DNA of 64,000 bases, taken from NCBI GenBank assembly GCA_965202585.1, contig OZ241830.1:372001-436000 (forward strand). Reading direction: 5' to 3'. A program made the position numbers and the translations under genes. Shown here piece after piece: positions 40,293-53,200 of this stretch (position 1 is the first letter of the stretch; each line of letters opens with the position of its first letter). The notes beneath the pieces were generated by a model. That model did not search any database and was not told the origin of the DNA. It saw only the letters and a list, made by a program, of their open reading frames with translations. This DNA is from Thalia democratica. Taxonomy: Eukaryota.

Positions 40293-43039
40293 CTAAAAAA
40301 CTGTATTATTTTAAGTCGAAAAAAATGCTTATTAAGTAATAAATTTTTAACTATTATAAATACCCTTTATTTCTGAAAAAATAAATATTGTAATAAGTAT
40401 TGGTTTAGCGCTATAATTGTATACTTTATGAACAACTTTATTTAATTCTTTATAACAATCAAGTATGGTGCAATTTACTGTCAGTAATAATTTTCAGAAG
40501 AGTATTGCGTAAATCTAGCTGTTTTAAATGCTATTTTTTAAAACTTTAAATATCAAATTTCTAGTCTCGGCAAATTAAGGATTAAAAGTTAGTAGCTCAA
40601 AAACAAATAAAATTAATAAAACTTTAATTGTAACGGTTTTGTTTAAAACACAACTTGGAAAAAATACCAGAATGAATTGAAAATAATTTTTTAAGCAAGT
40701 GGCAAGTAAACTAAGAATATAACGTTTTTTGTAAGTAATTTTAATAATAGAGAACCTATAAACAATTTTCTAATAAAAATAAAGATCATCCTTTTCAGAG
40801 TATTCTGTTTAGTTGAAATTTTTAACTAAAAACAAATAATCAAAAAATTTATTCTACATATTGCGTTTGATTTTATTCTAATTTTAAGTTTGTGAATTTT
40901 TTCAATATCAGTAGTTAGTTTATTTGTTTTGTAAGCTTTAGGTAACATAAATATTAACCGAGCACCTTTATAATAATTTCAATTTGAGCTAAAAATTAAA
41001 ATACTACAGCTAGTCTGAAATATCAAGTTTCCTATCAGTTAAAAATAAAATATTCTTTTTTGGCCGTAAGTACTTAAATCTTTTTTATTTTTAGTCAAAA
41101 TAGATGTTATATTAAAAAAACATTTTGATTTTGTTTATTTATGAAAGTTTAATATTAGATACAATGACTCTGACAGTTGTATTAATTTTCGCAAACTAAT
41201 ATGCAAACATATAAAATAATGTGATCGTATAAACTTAATCAATACCCACAGAGCCCACTTGAAGAGCTTTTAAATAATTTATTAAGAAAATTTGATTTAA
41301 AAAAACAGAGCTCACTTTTCATAAAAACAACAAAATTGTTTTTAATCTTCAGCTGTAGGTTTGAAATCTAGTGTACATATATACTAAACATTTGTTATTA
41401 AAGAATATTCCGTGATAACTTTTGAGGTGTATTTAAGTGTTATTTTGTTATAGTTTTAGCTACAACTTAACTAAGAGATAATTAATGCACCTATATAAAT
41501 TTTATACGTCTAGGTCTTTTAATAAAATTTTTGTCTTTGTATTTTAAACTTATCTAATTATTAAAAAAGTAAAAGCTTTGAGTAATCTGCATTTATCTTT
41601 AGACTTAAACATAAATTCTAATTATTCATGTTACATGATTCTAAAACTTGTTTACAAAAACAAATTATGTTTATGTAAAAAATCACGATTCAACAGTTAG
41701 ATTATTTAAAAACTAAAATGTTGAATAAAGTTTGGACTTTTATAAAATATTTAAAAGATGTATATTTAAAAAAAATAAAAAGTTTCTAGAACGGTTTAGT
41801 TTTCCAACTAAACTAAAACTAATAGCAAAAACTAAAACTAAAAATAAAAAATAAAACACTTTTATGCATACATTAGTATTGTTTTTTTTTTTGCGCTAAG
41901 TTTAAATTTACAAGTATGAATTAAACTTAGCAAGAAACTTTATGATTAAGAAGAATATAGAAAAAGATGAATTTAAAAAAATATGTTACAACTTGCACCC
42001 AATATTTGCTGTTATTTTTTCTACAATTATTTAAAGTTAATATGACTTAGTTTGTATTGTTCTATTATTTTTAAGCGAGAACTGTTTTACTTATGTAAAC
42101 TTATTAATAAATTAGTTGTCGCATTTAAATTAGTTTCTTGCAATTACTTTTTCTTTCAAAATTCTTTATCATAAGTTTTTCTTTAAGTTCAAATTTTTAC
42201 CGCTATTTTTTTTTTAAATAGTTTTAGTTTAAGTTTGGTGTTCGACTCGATGACCGAGCTGTCTTTTCGTACACCCAGGTCCTTAAATCAATTTTTTTCT
42301 GAGCATCTTCATTTTTATTCTCTGTACAATAAACTTATTAGAACAACAAAAATTTATATTTTGTTTGAGATTTCGTGCTTTTTTGTGCATTTGAAGTTTG
42401 TCAACGTGTCTTTTTAACTAATATATAATTACAGAAAACCTATTGACAAAAACAATGTTAGAAAAACTCAAACTAGTTTATATAAATTGTTATGAATTAC
42501 ACAAAACACAAAATATAACAAAAACAACTTAAAAAATCTATAAAACATGTCATTTACAACTACTTAAAAATTTAGTTCTTTAGATCTTTAAATTTTTTAT
42601 TGATAAAACAAAACCTAAAACCAAAATAAAAAAGTTGTATAAGAAAAAAAGACTTAATTGGTTGTTAATATTTTTTTGTTATAAATAGAAACAACACTTT
42701 TTATATTATTTTATACATCTAATAGTTCTTTCAAGATGTTAGCTAAATTTTACTTTACTTTAGGTCTAGGCCCATTATTTTAAAATGTTTTAGATTTTGC
42801 TTAAATTTATCCTAATAAATTAACTCTTTGTAGATTAGTTTTTTGTTTATTTTTTATAAATTCTTGAAAACCAAGTAAACTTTTCATATAGTTTAATGCA
42901 TTTGCAGTTAAATATGTCTGTTTTGTTTTAAATTAATTTAATATTTTTTGATTTAATGATTAAAGATAGATATTTAATTTGAAAGTTTTTGTAAAAACTA
43001 AACATTATCAAACTTATCCACATACTTTTCATTTTTTCA

Positions 43040-43134
43040 CAAAACTATGACAATTTTTCCCAATACTAATCGTAGTAGTGAACGTTTAAACCTAACATAT
43101 TTGTTTGATATTTTCTTGTTTTTTTCACCAAAAT
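43040..43134. repeat. About 95-bp dispersed repeat, copy 2
   Basis: Same-orientation match to 40197-40292. Confidence 0.85.
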
Positions 43135-44962
43135 AAAGTAAATTAGAGCTAAATTGTGAAAGCAAGTTAATATATTTTTAGAAAAAAAAAATACTAACCT
43201 TGTTTTATACAAGTAATTATCTTTAGGGTTTTTAATTTTCAATTTAATGTTAACAAAATAATAAACTTTAAGCAGCCTTGTAAAAGATTACTAAGTTTTA
43301 GACATTAATACAAGACTTATTTTGTTTTTAAACAAACTTGATTTTGTTATTGTTTAGTTTATAAAAAAGTAACAACAACTAACTTTATTTGTTTTTAAGG
43401 AAAAATACTACCACATATTATGTAATATACATAGTGACTCAAGAAGTATATTTTATATTTAATAAGTAAAACATATTAAAGATTTTGATTTTTTACTGCT
43501 GATTAAAAAATAAAAGAGTGTAACATTTTATATGAATTATACGTTTTTTTTCATAAAGTTAATATTCAAAAGAGGAAAACCTATTTGTTTTACTTAAAGT
43601 TTTATTTCGCTTAGACACTGCAATCTCTCTTAATAATGGGTAAGTAAAAGGCTTGGAGTTAATAAAAAGCTATTAACTAAAAACTTAGTGGTGACGTAAC
43701 ATGTTGTTTTTAAAGTTTGAAGGGAAAATATGACACACAACATGAAGAAACAGTTTGTACTTGGTTAAAACAATACTTAATTTGTTAATTAAGTCTAAAA
43801 CATTATAACAAAGTTTCACCTTTTTTTCAACATATGGTATTTTTGTTTGAGTACACTTAATGTTAAAAAGTAAAATCTGACTTTATCATTGAAATGATTT
43901 TTATATACTAAACTAAAATTCAATTTTAGCTGACATACCATAAACTCCCGAACTTGTTTATCATTACAAAATATCGAAATTGTTTATTACTATAAACAAA
44001 CACTACAATCAATCTTATTCATAAGTCATCATTTAAGAATTTATATTAAAATTTCCGCAGACTGTTTACATGGAAAAACTTGTAGTTAAATATTGTAAAT
44101 TCAAAGTTTTGCGTGGCATAAACAAGTTATTGTAGTTTGTTCAAAATTAGGTTATCTAGTATTTATTTAAATAACAAGTTACAGTATTTTTGTTCATATA
44201 GTTTAAAGTATAAATTAAAAATTTCAAGTGAAAACTTTTAATTTTGGGTATATAATATTATATGCTAAAAAAATTGTTTTGTATAACTTATAATCTTAGC
44301 TAAACAAATAAAATTTTCTAATCTGTTTAGGTTTTTAACACTTTATTAAAATCTACTACTTAATTTGAGGAGTTTTAAATTTACAACCCGATATAAAAAG
44401 TCAACTGGTTTGTAATATGCACCCAATCATTATAACTTTTTTAAAGTAAGCTTTTCTACTTGTAACACTTGATGTGTATAGTTAGGTATTTGACATTAAG
44501 CTGATTTCATTATAAAATATAACTACTAATTAATTAATTTTTTAAAGTTAAAAAACAGTATAAAACATTTATACGTTCATTTTGTTTAATCGACAAAACG
44601 TACTGAAATAAAGACACAATCATTAAAAAATAAAAATAAATTTAAATAGCGCTTGTGAGGAAAGCTTATTTACAAAAATACTTTTCTATGCGGCCTTACA
44701 TAAAAACTTTCAAGAATCAAAAAGTTGATAAAGTTCAGATTTTTCTAATAAATCAAAAAATAAACTATTTCAAATAGACTAGCTTAAGTTTTAAACATTT
44801 CAAAAAAATTTGTAAAAGCACAATTGAAAACTGAAAGTTTTAAATATCTAAAATTTGTTCCTCAAATCCAGTTAAAAAGAAGGCAGAAAACCTCTAGAGA
44901 CCTTGAAACAGAACTTGTTGCTGCGTGAAACTTTTGAACAATAATTATGACGTCACAGTTCA

Positions 44963-47900
44963 TCACTCACAACTGAACACCAAAGAAGCATCGTTACTAT
45001 TCTCGCAATACTTGGTAGCCTGCTTCTTTGCTTGTATTGGGTCGAGTTTGGTCGATTTGAAAAACCCTTCTTCTACTTCTTCTTCTTCGTTGTACGGAGC
45101 GTTCATCACGAAGACTTCTTCTGCAACGTCTCCCTCGCTGGTGTTCTTGGTGATCTTGCACTTCTCTCCCGAAGACTTCTTCGCGAATACTTCTATCTGG
45201 TTTTGCACTACCACACCGTCTTTCTCAAAACTGTTGCAAAAATTTTTCGTCAAGTATTTACATATTTTTCAATCGTATACATGCTCTAATAATTCGAAGA
45301 ACTATTTAGGAACAAAATCAAAACAAAGCGTAGTTCAAAAAAAACAACTAAAATATTTACTTTGTGCTTTGCTTGTAATTAAAAAAGTATTTTACTATTT
45401 AACAAGCTGTATGAAATACCTTTAACATTTAAAACTTTATTATATTTTACAAAAAACACAAACCCGCATTGATACTGCACACAAGCCTCATGTGACGTCA
45501 TAGTTATTTCCCTGCTTCCAATCAGCTTCGAGCTTTCCGCTTCGGTGGTTTTCGATACCACTGTGACGTCATCGAACGGTGATTCAACTTTCACCTGTGA
45601 ACAGAGTTGGTAAAATGCTAATAGTTACTATGGTAATTCAGCAATGAAGCGTATAAACTTTGGTTTGTTTTAAGTTAGTAATTTCACGCTCGAGTAAACA
45701 AAGCAGAGCTTTTTAACATGTCTGCCTGTGAATTGTTATTTAGTAAAATATAATCAAAACTTGCATGTTTTTAGTTCTTAAATGAATGTAAAGTTTCGTA
45801 TTATACAGACTCGAAAAACAACTTTAGAAATTAGAAACATTTCTTTAGTTGGTTAGATTTAAAATAAGTTAAACCAGCAAGCAGGGAGGAACTGTAAAGT
45901 TAGCTTTATGTTTTACCTTATATGAAGTATTTGAATTTAACTGGAAATTTATTATTTATTGCTAATGATAGAAAAGACACAAACTTTCATGTAACAAGCA
46001 GTGAATTGCTTCAACGAAGGATACCAATTCAGAGGATTTTCTTTCCAATGAAAGAAGATGTTATTTTCATCCGTGAAAATTGTGTTGTGCTCTTTAACTG
46101 GTGTGCTTTCTCTGTTTGTAATAATCATTTACAGTTAGAGAAAAACTAGCACTGAATTAACATTCAGGTCTAAAAAGTTTTTGTTTCTTCAAGTATCTTT
46201 AAAATAAAATACGTTTTATTTTAAGAACGTCTAGTTATACTGTTAAGATATTTTGTATAAAGTTTAAATGTTTAACTTGTGTTTAATTGGTCTTCAGTAG
46301 GTACATTTGTAAGGTTTAAAACATTTATAAAATATTAAAACAATGTCACATTATCTAGTTAACAGTTTTAAAATTAAATAAAAAATATTTAATTATTTAA
46401 ATTGCTGAACTATTTAATTTTTAGACAACTTTATCATTTTCACCTGTAAAATCTGAAATGGTTGTCTAGTTGTTTAGCCTTCATGCAAGAGTATTTGTCG
46501 AAGTAAACGGGTCCCCTCATGTTAGTCAGCTCCTCTCTCGCCGGCAGCTCTATTGTGACGTCATACTTGCTCCTCCTGTACTTCAAAGACTGGAGGTACT
46601 CCTCCTCAGTACCCGGGTCGTCATCGGGAGCCACCAGCAGTTTCTCATCCCCGTTGTACGTTGCTGTGACGTCATAATTGAGTGTTTTACTTGTGTACTT
46701 AATAAAATGATTTTTTATTTTCAGTTTTCTAAATTTTCTTACTTCATGTTTTACAAAACGAACAAAACATGTTGAGAAAAGGTAAACAACAAAGTAGTTT
46801 TAGATGTAGTTAAAGTTAAAAGATAGATATAAATACAATTTTTTTTTGATTTGAAAGTTATCTTACGTTTTGTACCCTTTATATTCAAAGTAAACGTAGA
46901 AAAACAGCAATATTCAAGAAAATGTAAAACCATGTACTTTAGTTAAGTTAATGGTTAGTAAGTATTCAGCACATAGAAACAGGAAACTTTTTGAAACAAA
47001 TAACAACAGGAAACTTTTTGAAACAAACAACAACGTTCAAACCGGTGAAAGTGGCGGTTTGGGCATCGCTGTAATCACAGGGAACAGGGACGCAAGATCC
47101 GGTGTAGGGACTCGTGAGATGATTGTTGACATACCTCCACCTCTGTATGTCCCTGGATTCCCTGGTAACCTGACGGATCCTCACCCCTGAAAGTTGCTGT
47201 CCCTCGCTCATCTCTATCGATGAGTACGCTCGTACTGTTGGGTGTAGTTAATGTTGGAAACATTGTGTATAGAAGTTTAATAGTGTTTCTAGAAAACTAT
47301 CTTGGAGTAACTTTAGAGTATTGATTGATATGCATTAATTTATAACTTTATTGTCATTAATTTTAAAAGTTAGAACTTAATGAGTAAACTTAATGATGAA
47401 CAAATTCTATAAAGTAGGTTCAAAGTATTGTTAGGAAATTATGTGGAAGAAACTTTATAAGATAACGTTTAAACTTTTTAGTTTAAATTTATTCTGTAAG
47501 AAAGGTAGTGTTCCAATTTACGCATTTAAGTAGTTAATAAATGCTTGAAATTTTATAACTAATTGTAAGTATCCAAAAATATCATAAAACATTTTGATTT
47601 GAATTAGTTTTAAACTATATGGTAAAAATAAAAAACATGAATGCAAAACAAAACTTAAAAAAATATGTTTGTTTTAATTAAAACTAACTATAACAAAACT
47701 AACAATTTTTTTTTGTTTTTAAATATAATTGTAATTAAACCAACAATTAATATTGCTATCACTGTAGTAGAATGTTAAAGTAAACGAACTTTTGGTGTAG
47801 CATATTTTTTGTATTTCGGTAGCCAGTGCCAGGTACCTGAATTTATCTACTTGAGGGATATTTGCTGAAAGAAGTGGAATTTTTCCCTTGCTTGATGCCT

Positions 47901-50231
47901 ATAAATTACTTGTAATTAAATAATATTCAATTTTTTTAGTACAAATTTAACAATGTAAATTCTTAAAAGCTAAGTTGTTGTAGTTAAAATTTTACTATGT
48001 TATACATAGTAAATAGTGCGTTCATAAAACTTTTTAATTGTTAATATTTAGAGAACTTAATTTGCAAAAAGTTTTGCTTTTTCTTTATAACGGTAAACTT
48101 GAAAAAAAATTATGAGAGTTTTCAATAAAATTAATACTTTTTACTAACAGAGAGGTCTTGCTTTTCTCTCCAGTATCCCTGGTGTTCATCCAACATGTAC
48201 AATCTCACTTTATTCTTCTCTTTTCTCAGTGCTATCTCGTTCTTGTAGAGTCGAACTCGAATCTGGATGAAATCTTTATTATAAGCTTTATAAGAAAACA
48301 TTAAACACCTGTTCGAAATATGCAAATACATAATGTTTTTTGGCTTTAAAAAATTAATTTTACATTTTCATCTATAGATTTATAAATTTTAACAAACTAG
48401 ATTAAATATATTAAACAACTACATAATAAAGAAAAAACAAACATTTTGCAACTTGAGCATCATGTTTCCTTGTCGATATTTACTTTCTATCCGGAAGATG
48501 GCGTAAATGCGCATCGGTTTCCTCTTAGTACTAAAAAACTCTTCATTCGACAACAAGTTTGCTGATTGGAGGCGTGTGTCGATGAACGGCACTGCTGTTT
48601 TTATCTGAACAAATATATTAGGTTTGAATTTGTTTTGTTAATGTAAACTAAGAAAACATTTGATAGTAAGTAATACTATTGAGTATTGATAATTTACTTT
48701 ATACACCACGCGCTTATATTAAAGAGCTTACTATACAATTAATACTTATTTTTCAAGTACAAAAAGTGTAGTTTAAAGATGAAAAGTTAAAGCTAAGTAG
48801 ATATTGTACCAACAAAAAAAAAAGTACAAACTGTTGTAGTTTTTTATAAGATGATCTTTTTGCTTATATTAGTTTGAAACAGAACATTTAAGTTTTGCAC
48901 ATTTGTTTTATAAAATAAAACAACTCACCCATCCTTGCACGGATTGCCCTCTCTCATTGAAGTAGGAGTTACTTTCCACGTCAACTTCCACAACCGCGTT
49001 CAGTCTCTCACTGACATGCTTCTGTGTACTCACAGGTCTGAACAACCTCTTCGTACTTGTTCTGTACTCCTGAAATTTCGGCATCCTCTGCAGGTACACA
49101 TCCATGTACACAGCTCCACCGAAGTCCTTCGTTTCTACTATCTGTAATGAACTTTTTTTTAAAACTTAGTTGGTAAATATTTTATTTATTCTTTTACTAG
49201 TTTGGTAAGTTTGATGAAACCAATCGAAACCTGGTAGTGGAAAAAGCAGTATGATTTCTCTGTATTTTATTAACCAGCTCTTTACAACTATAGTTAATTA
49301 AGTAAAAAATTATTTTAATTATATTCTTAAACTAGCTTTAGAAGAAATAAAAAAAAATCTTAGATGACTACATAAATAAGTATTAAACACGTATTTCGAA
49401 CTTATCAAATGGACTTCAGGCTATCATAATATAAAGATAGAATTAACTAACCTTAATCGTAGGAACAATTTTGTTGTTTTTGTCGTAAAATCTCAGTGGG
49501 ACATGTCTGAGGCTGCCCACATTAACCGAATAATACCCCTCGTCGTCACTTTTGCCTAGCAACCTGGGTCCCCTCGCAATCATGACGTCACTGAGCTTTG
49601 TAAAGTTCCCCCCTGCTTCCATGATCATCACTCTGGTAAATTTGTTAAAATTTTGTCGTAATCGTTTACATGGCTTTAATAATCAAAAACTTTAAACTAA
49701 AATAAAATACCAAAACTCCCACAAAAATAAAATTAAACAATATAATTAATTTAAACCTTCCGGTGACGATAGTATTTTTTTCCTTGTTGCATTCCACACA
49801 CCCACATTTGGTAACGACATTCACAAGTACTGTTGAGTTGCCTGAAAAAGTTAATTAGAGTGTTAACAATTGTTTGTCAAAAAAAAGTTTTATTTTTAAA
49901 TATTTAAAAATTTTAGATTGTTGCCTTTAATTTTATGAAACTTTACGCATAAATTACATTATTATTATAATTCTAACGTAATAGAACAACTTTTATAAAA
50001 TATTTTTAATAAATAATAGAAAAATAGTTTGTAATTTTCAACCTTTACAGAAAACTTCTCTTTCAATTTGCTCCGAAGCCCCGCAACATTCAAGGGGATC
50101 CCCCTTCTTTTGCGTGGGGCAGGTTACAGTAGGGCACGCCCCAACATTGATGACGTAATCACTCCCGTCGGCGCGTTTGCATGACGACGGAAGGACTATC
50201 TCGTTCACTATTGGTTCCTCGTTGCACGTCA
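44963..50231 (-). CDS. CILP-like: CILP-homologous C-terminal region (post-Ig Cys-rich segment through the CILP C-terminal part), 12 exons
   Basis: Colinear with human CILP1 as recalled: [18 protein letters not shown]; [28 protein letters not shown]; [26 protein letters not shown]; CYTKIRAY/CFVKVRAY; [18 protein letters not shown]; [18 protein letters not shown]; HFRFY/HFRFY; [18 protein letters not shown]; [26 protein letters not shown]; SLVFSC/ALTFNC. Confidence 0.88.
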
Positions 50232-53200
50232 CTGTGACGCAACAGTTGTTCAAGTATTCATTGAAAAATAAATTACTTTACGAGCTGTTTTTTACGTTTT
50301 GAAACCACAAAAACAACTAAAGGAATAAAAAATACTGCAATTTAGCACAAACTAATAGCTGATAAAACCATTCTAAAATATTTTATTAATCAAGCTTAAA
50401 TAAGTTAAAAACTTTTTAGAGTATGATGGTAGTTTAAAAAAAATCTTTAGTTTTTTTTTTATTGTTTTTAAGTTATGCTACTATTAATAAGAATGTTTAA
50501 CAAGATAAATAATAGAGTTTAATTCGTTTGGTAGTAAAAAAAAAAGTCGAATTTCAATCGAGGTCATAATTAGATTATTTGTGTAAGTGTTTTTACAATC
50601 CAAACTATGATTAAGCATATAAATTAAGTGTCATACTAGAATAATAACAAATTTAAATTGTTATTATTATATATTCCTGTGAAATTGTTTCGCTAGGATC
50701 ATTTTTTAACAAACGATTAAATTTGTATTTAGGTTAGTTTCATACTATATCTTTTATCAGAAGAATGTACTATCGTTGAATCAACAATTAGTGACACAGT
50801 TTTTTAATAAACCAAACTCGTTCTAACCAGCTGGGGTCTGGCAACCAAGTTTGCCATTGTCGCCATAAGCACACCTCTGTGTCCTAGGACAGTTGGTAGA
50901 CGTGCAAATTGTCTTTCCTTTGTTGCACCTGCACAGTTTCCTGCACTTCTCCGTGTAGTGGGTCTCTCCGTCCTGAAAATTAACATTCGATAGTCTTTTA
51001 TCTTAATTTTTGTATATTTCAACGTCCAAGGCTTTTTTGCAAGGTAACAAGTTTTGTTTCATTCACAGTTTTACAGACAAAGCAACACAAAAGTGCCCCT
51101 TCAGTGTCAGAATGCTTGAAAAGTTATAAAGTAGTTTTAAAAGAGAAATGCTCTGTAGAAGGTCATAAGTTGGAAAAAGAATCAAAGATTTTGTAAAAGT
51201 GTTTAGACCCTGAACAAAATTGAGCTAAACCAACATTAAGTAAATACCAACTGTGCATTTTAAACAAAAAACATTAAAACTTGTATATTAGTAGAAACCT
51301 TGTAACAGTATCTACTATAAAAGAAATATAAAAACAGTACATAAATATTTAATATGAAAGCCCTATAATAACATCCATTATAAACGAAGTACGAAAATGA
51401 TATTCAAACATTTAATATGAAAACCTTAAGTAAATACCAACTGTGGATTTTAAACAAAAAAATATTGAAACTTTTACAATGGTAAAAAACTTGTAATAAT
51501 ATCTACTAAAAAAAAAAAATAAAAATAATATTCAAAATTTTTAATGTGAAAACCTTATAATAATATCCATTATAAACACATCCACATCCAGTGTCTTCAG
51601 CTACACATTCTCCACCTGATAGCAAGTACCCTTCGTCGCATTCGCAACCTGACAAATTAGTTTGTTTAGTATAAATCCAACTGGTTGTTTTAACTAACAT
51701 CCTGTTAACTATTTTTTTGTAATAATTTGTAATAATGTTTGTCAAATATATTTGTTCGTTGTTGCAGTTCAGTGTTTAAATTATATTCTTTAAAAAGTGT
51801 TTTAAATATTAACTATAAGATCTAAGAAAAATAAAAGTTGAAGACTAAGATTTTTTCCTTACTCAAAGTTCTGTTCAAAGTACATGTTAAGATAACAATG
51901 GGTTCAGATGTGTTTTAAGATAATTGTATTTTTTTCTAAGGTAAAAGAATCAGTTGTAGCAATGGCTAAAAATAAAAAACATAAACATGTTATAACAGTC
52001 TTCAACGTAGTTTTAGGTAGTTGAGTTTAAATTAATCATAAAAAGAACTAAATAGTTAAAAAAAACTTTCAAAATATTTGTGTAAAACCTTCAACGCAGG
52101 GATCTGGACAGTTTTCCTCACTTCTCGGATCACTGCAAGTTCTTGGACACGCTGATGCACAAATACTGTAGTGAGAATTCCTTCCGCACGGTAGCGCTGT
52201 GAAATAAAATCAAAATTAATATCTAAATCAGTACGGTATTTGACTCTTTATAAACGCAGGTTTTTATTTTAAAGCAAACTTAGTTGTAAAAAAAAAAGAA
52301 ACAAAACGCTGTAACGTTAAAATTTTTTAAAAGTAGCTTAACAGCTTTATTGATACAAACAAGTTATTTTAAACTAACGGTTGTCAAGCATGTCTCTCCA
52401 GTCGCAAACTTTAATGCCGAGTTGCTGACACTGCATCGCGTAGGTTTCAACTGACTTCACCAATGTGAAGTTCTCACCACTAAAGGCGCACATATCGTGT
52501 ACACAGTTCTATAAAAAAAAATAACTTGCTGAACAAAAGGAATAAAACCAGAGTTAATGCATGTACTTATGTTAACAGACGTTGCAATGTCTGAAAAAAG
52601 AACTACTCTTTTAGGAGAAAACTTTTTAAGTTAACTAAGAAAGAAAAGTTTTTTTTACTATTTTGTAGAAAGCTCGAAAGAAATTATTAGATAAACTTAC
52701 GACAACTTGAGATTTTGAATTTTATAACAAACAAACATAGAAATAAATTTCCGGGTTTAGCTGCTGGTGACAGAAACCGAAACAGCCATTTTCCTGGTTG
52801 ATGATCCCGCACTGTTGCCCGTACCTGGCGCGTTGCGTCCACCCGCACGAATCTACAACCCCTCCTGCGTCCCTCTTGCATCTGTGACGTCATTGTCGTT
52901 ACGTCACAATTGAAAGTTTGTAAAAAACTAAAGTCTATAACTTACTATTTAATATGTTTGAAAAATTGGAATCTTAGGGGTAAATTCAAATTAAGAAAAG
53001 TATAAAGTATACAAATCTTGCTTGTGTAATAAAATAGTTTATTAGTACTATAAAATAAATTTTTATAAACAAAAACTTTAAGTTGAAAGGAAATATTTAG
53101 AAGATATAATACACAAACTCTTTTTGTGAGTTGATCTGGTAACTATCTCCAAATAAGGTCATGTCTTCAGTTGTGGAGCCGTTTCCCCTGATGACAAAAT

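Noticed and set aside
44925-45425. 166-aa plus-strand ORF (also other plus-strand ORFs over exons, e.g. 45032-45289, 46470-46775, 54843-55172, 62988-63275)
   Set aside because: Antisense shadows of GC-richer coding exons of the CILP-like gene; no recognisable domain.
44963-48262. Calling the CILP C-terminal part an NTP pyrophosphohydrolase
   Set aside because: CILP was historically linked to porcine NTPPHase, but the human protein was reported to lack that activity; no catalytic motif is identifiable here.
48263-48308. Longer version of the exon using acceptor 48309 (with donor 48453)
   Set aside because: In frame, but the phase-0 pair 48443/48262 aligns without a gap to CILP (IRVRL vs VKVHL).
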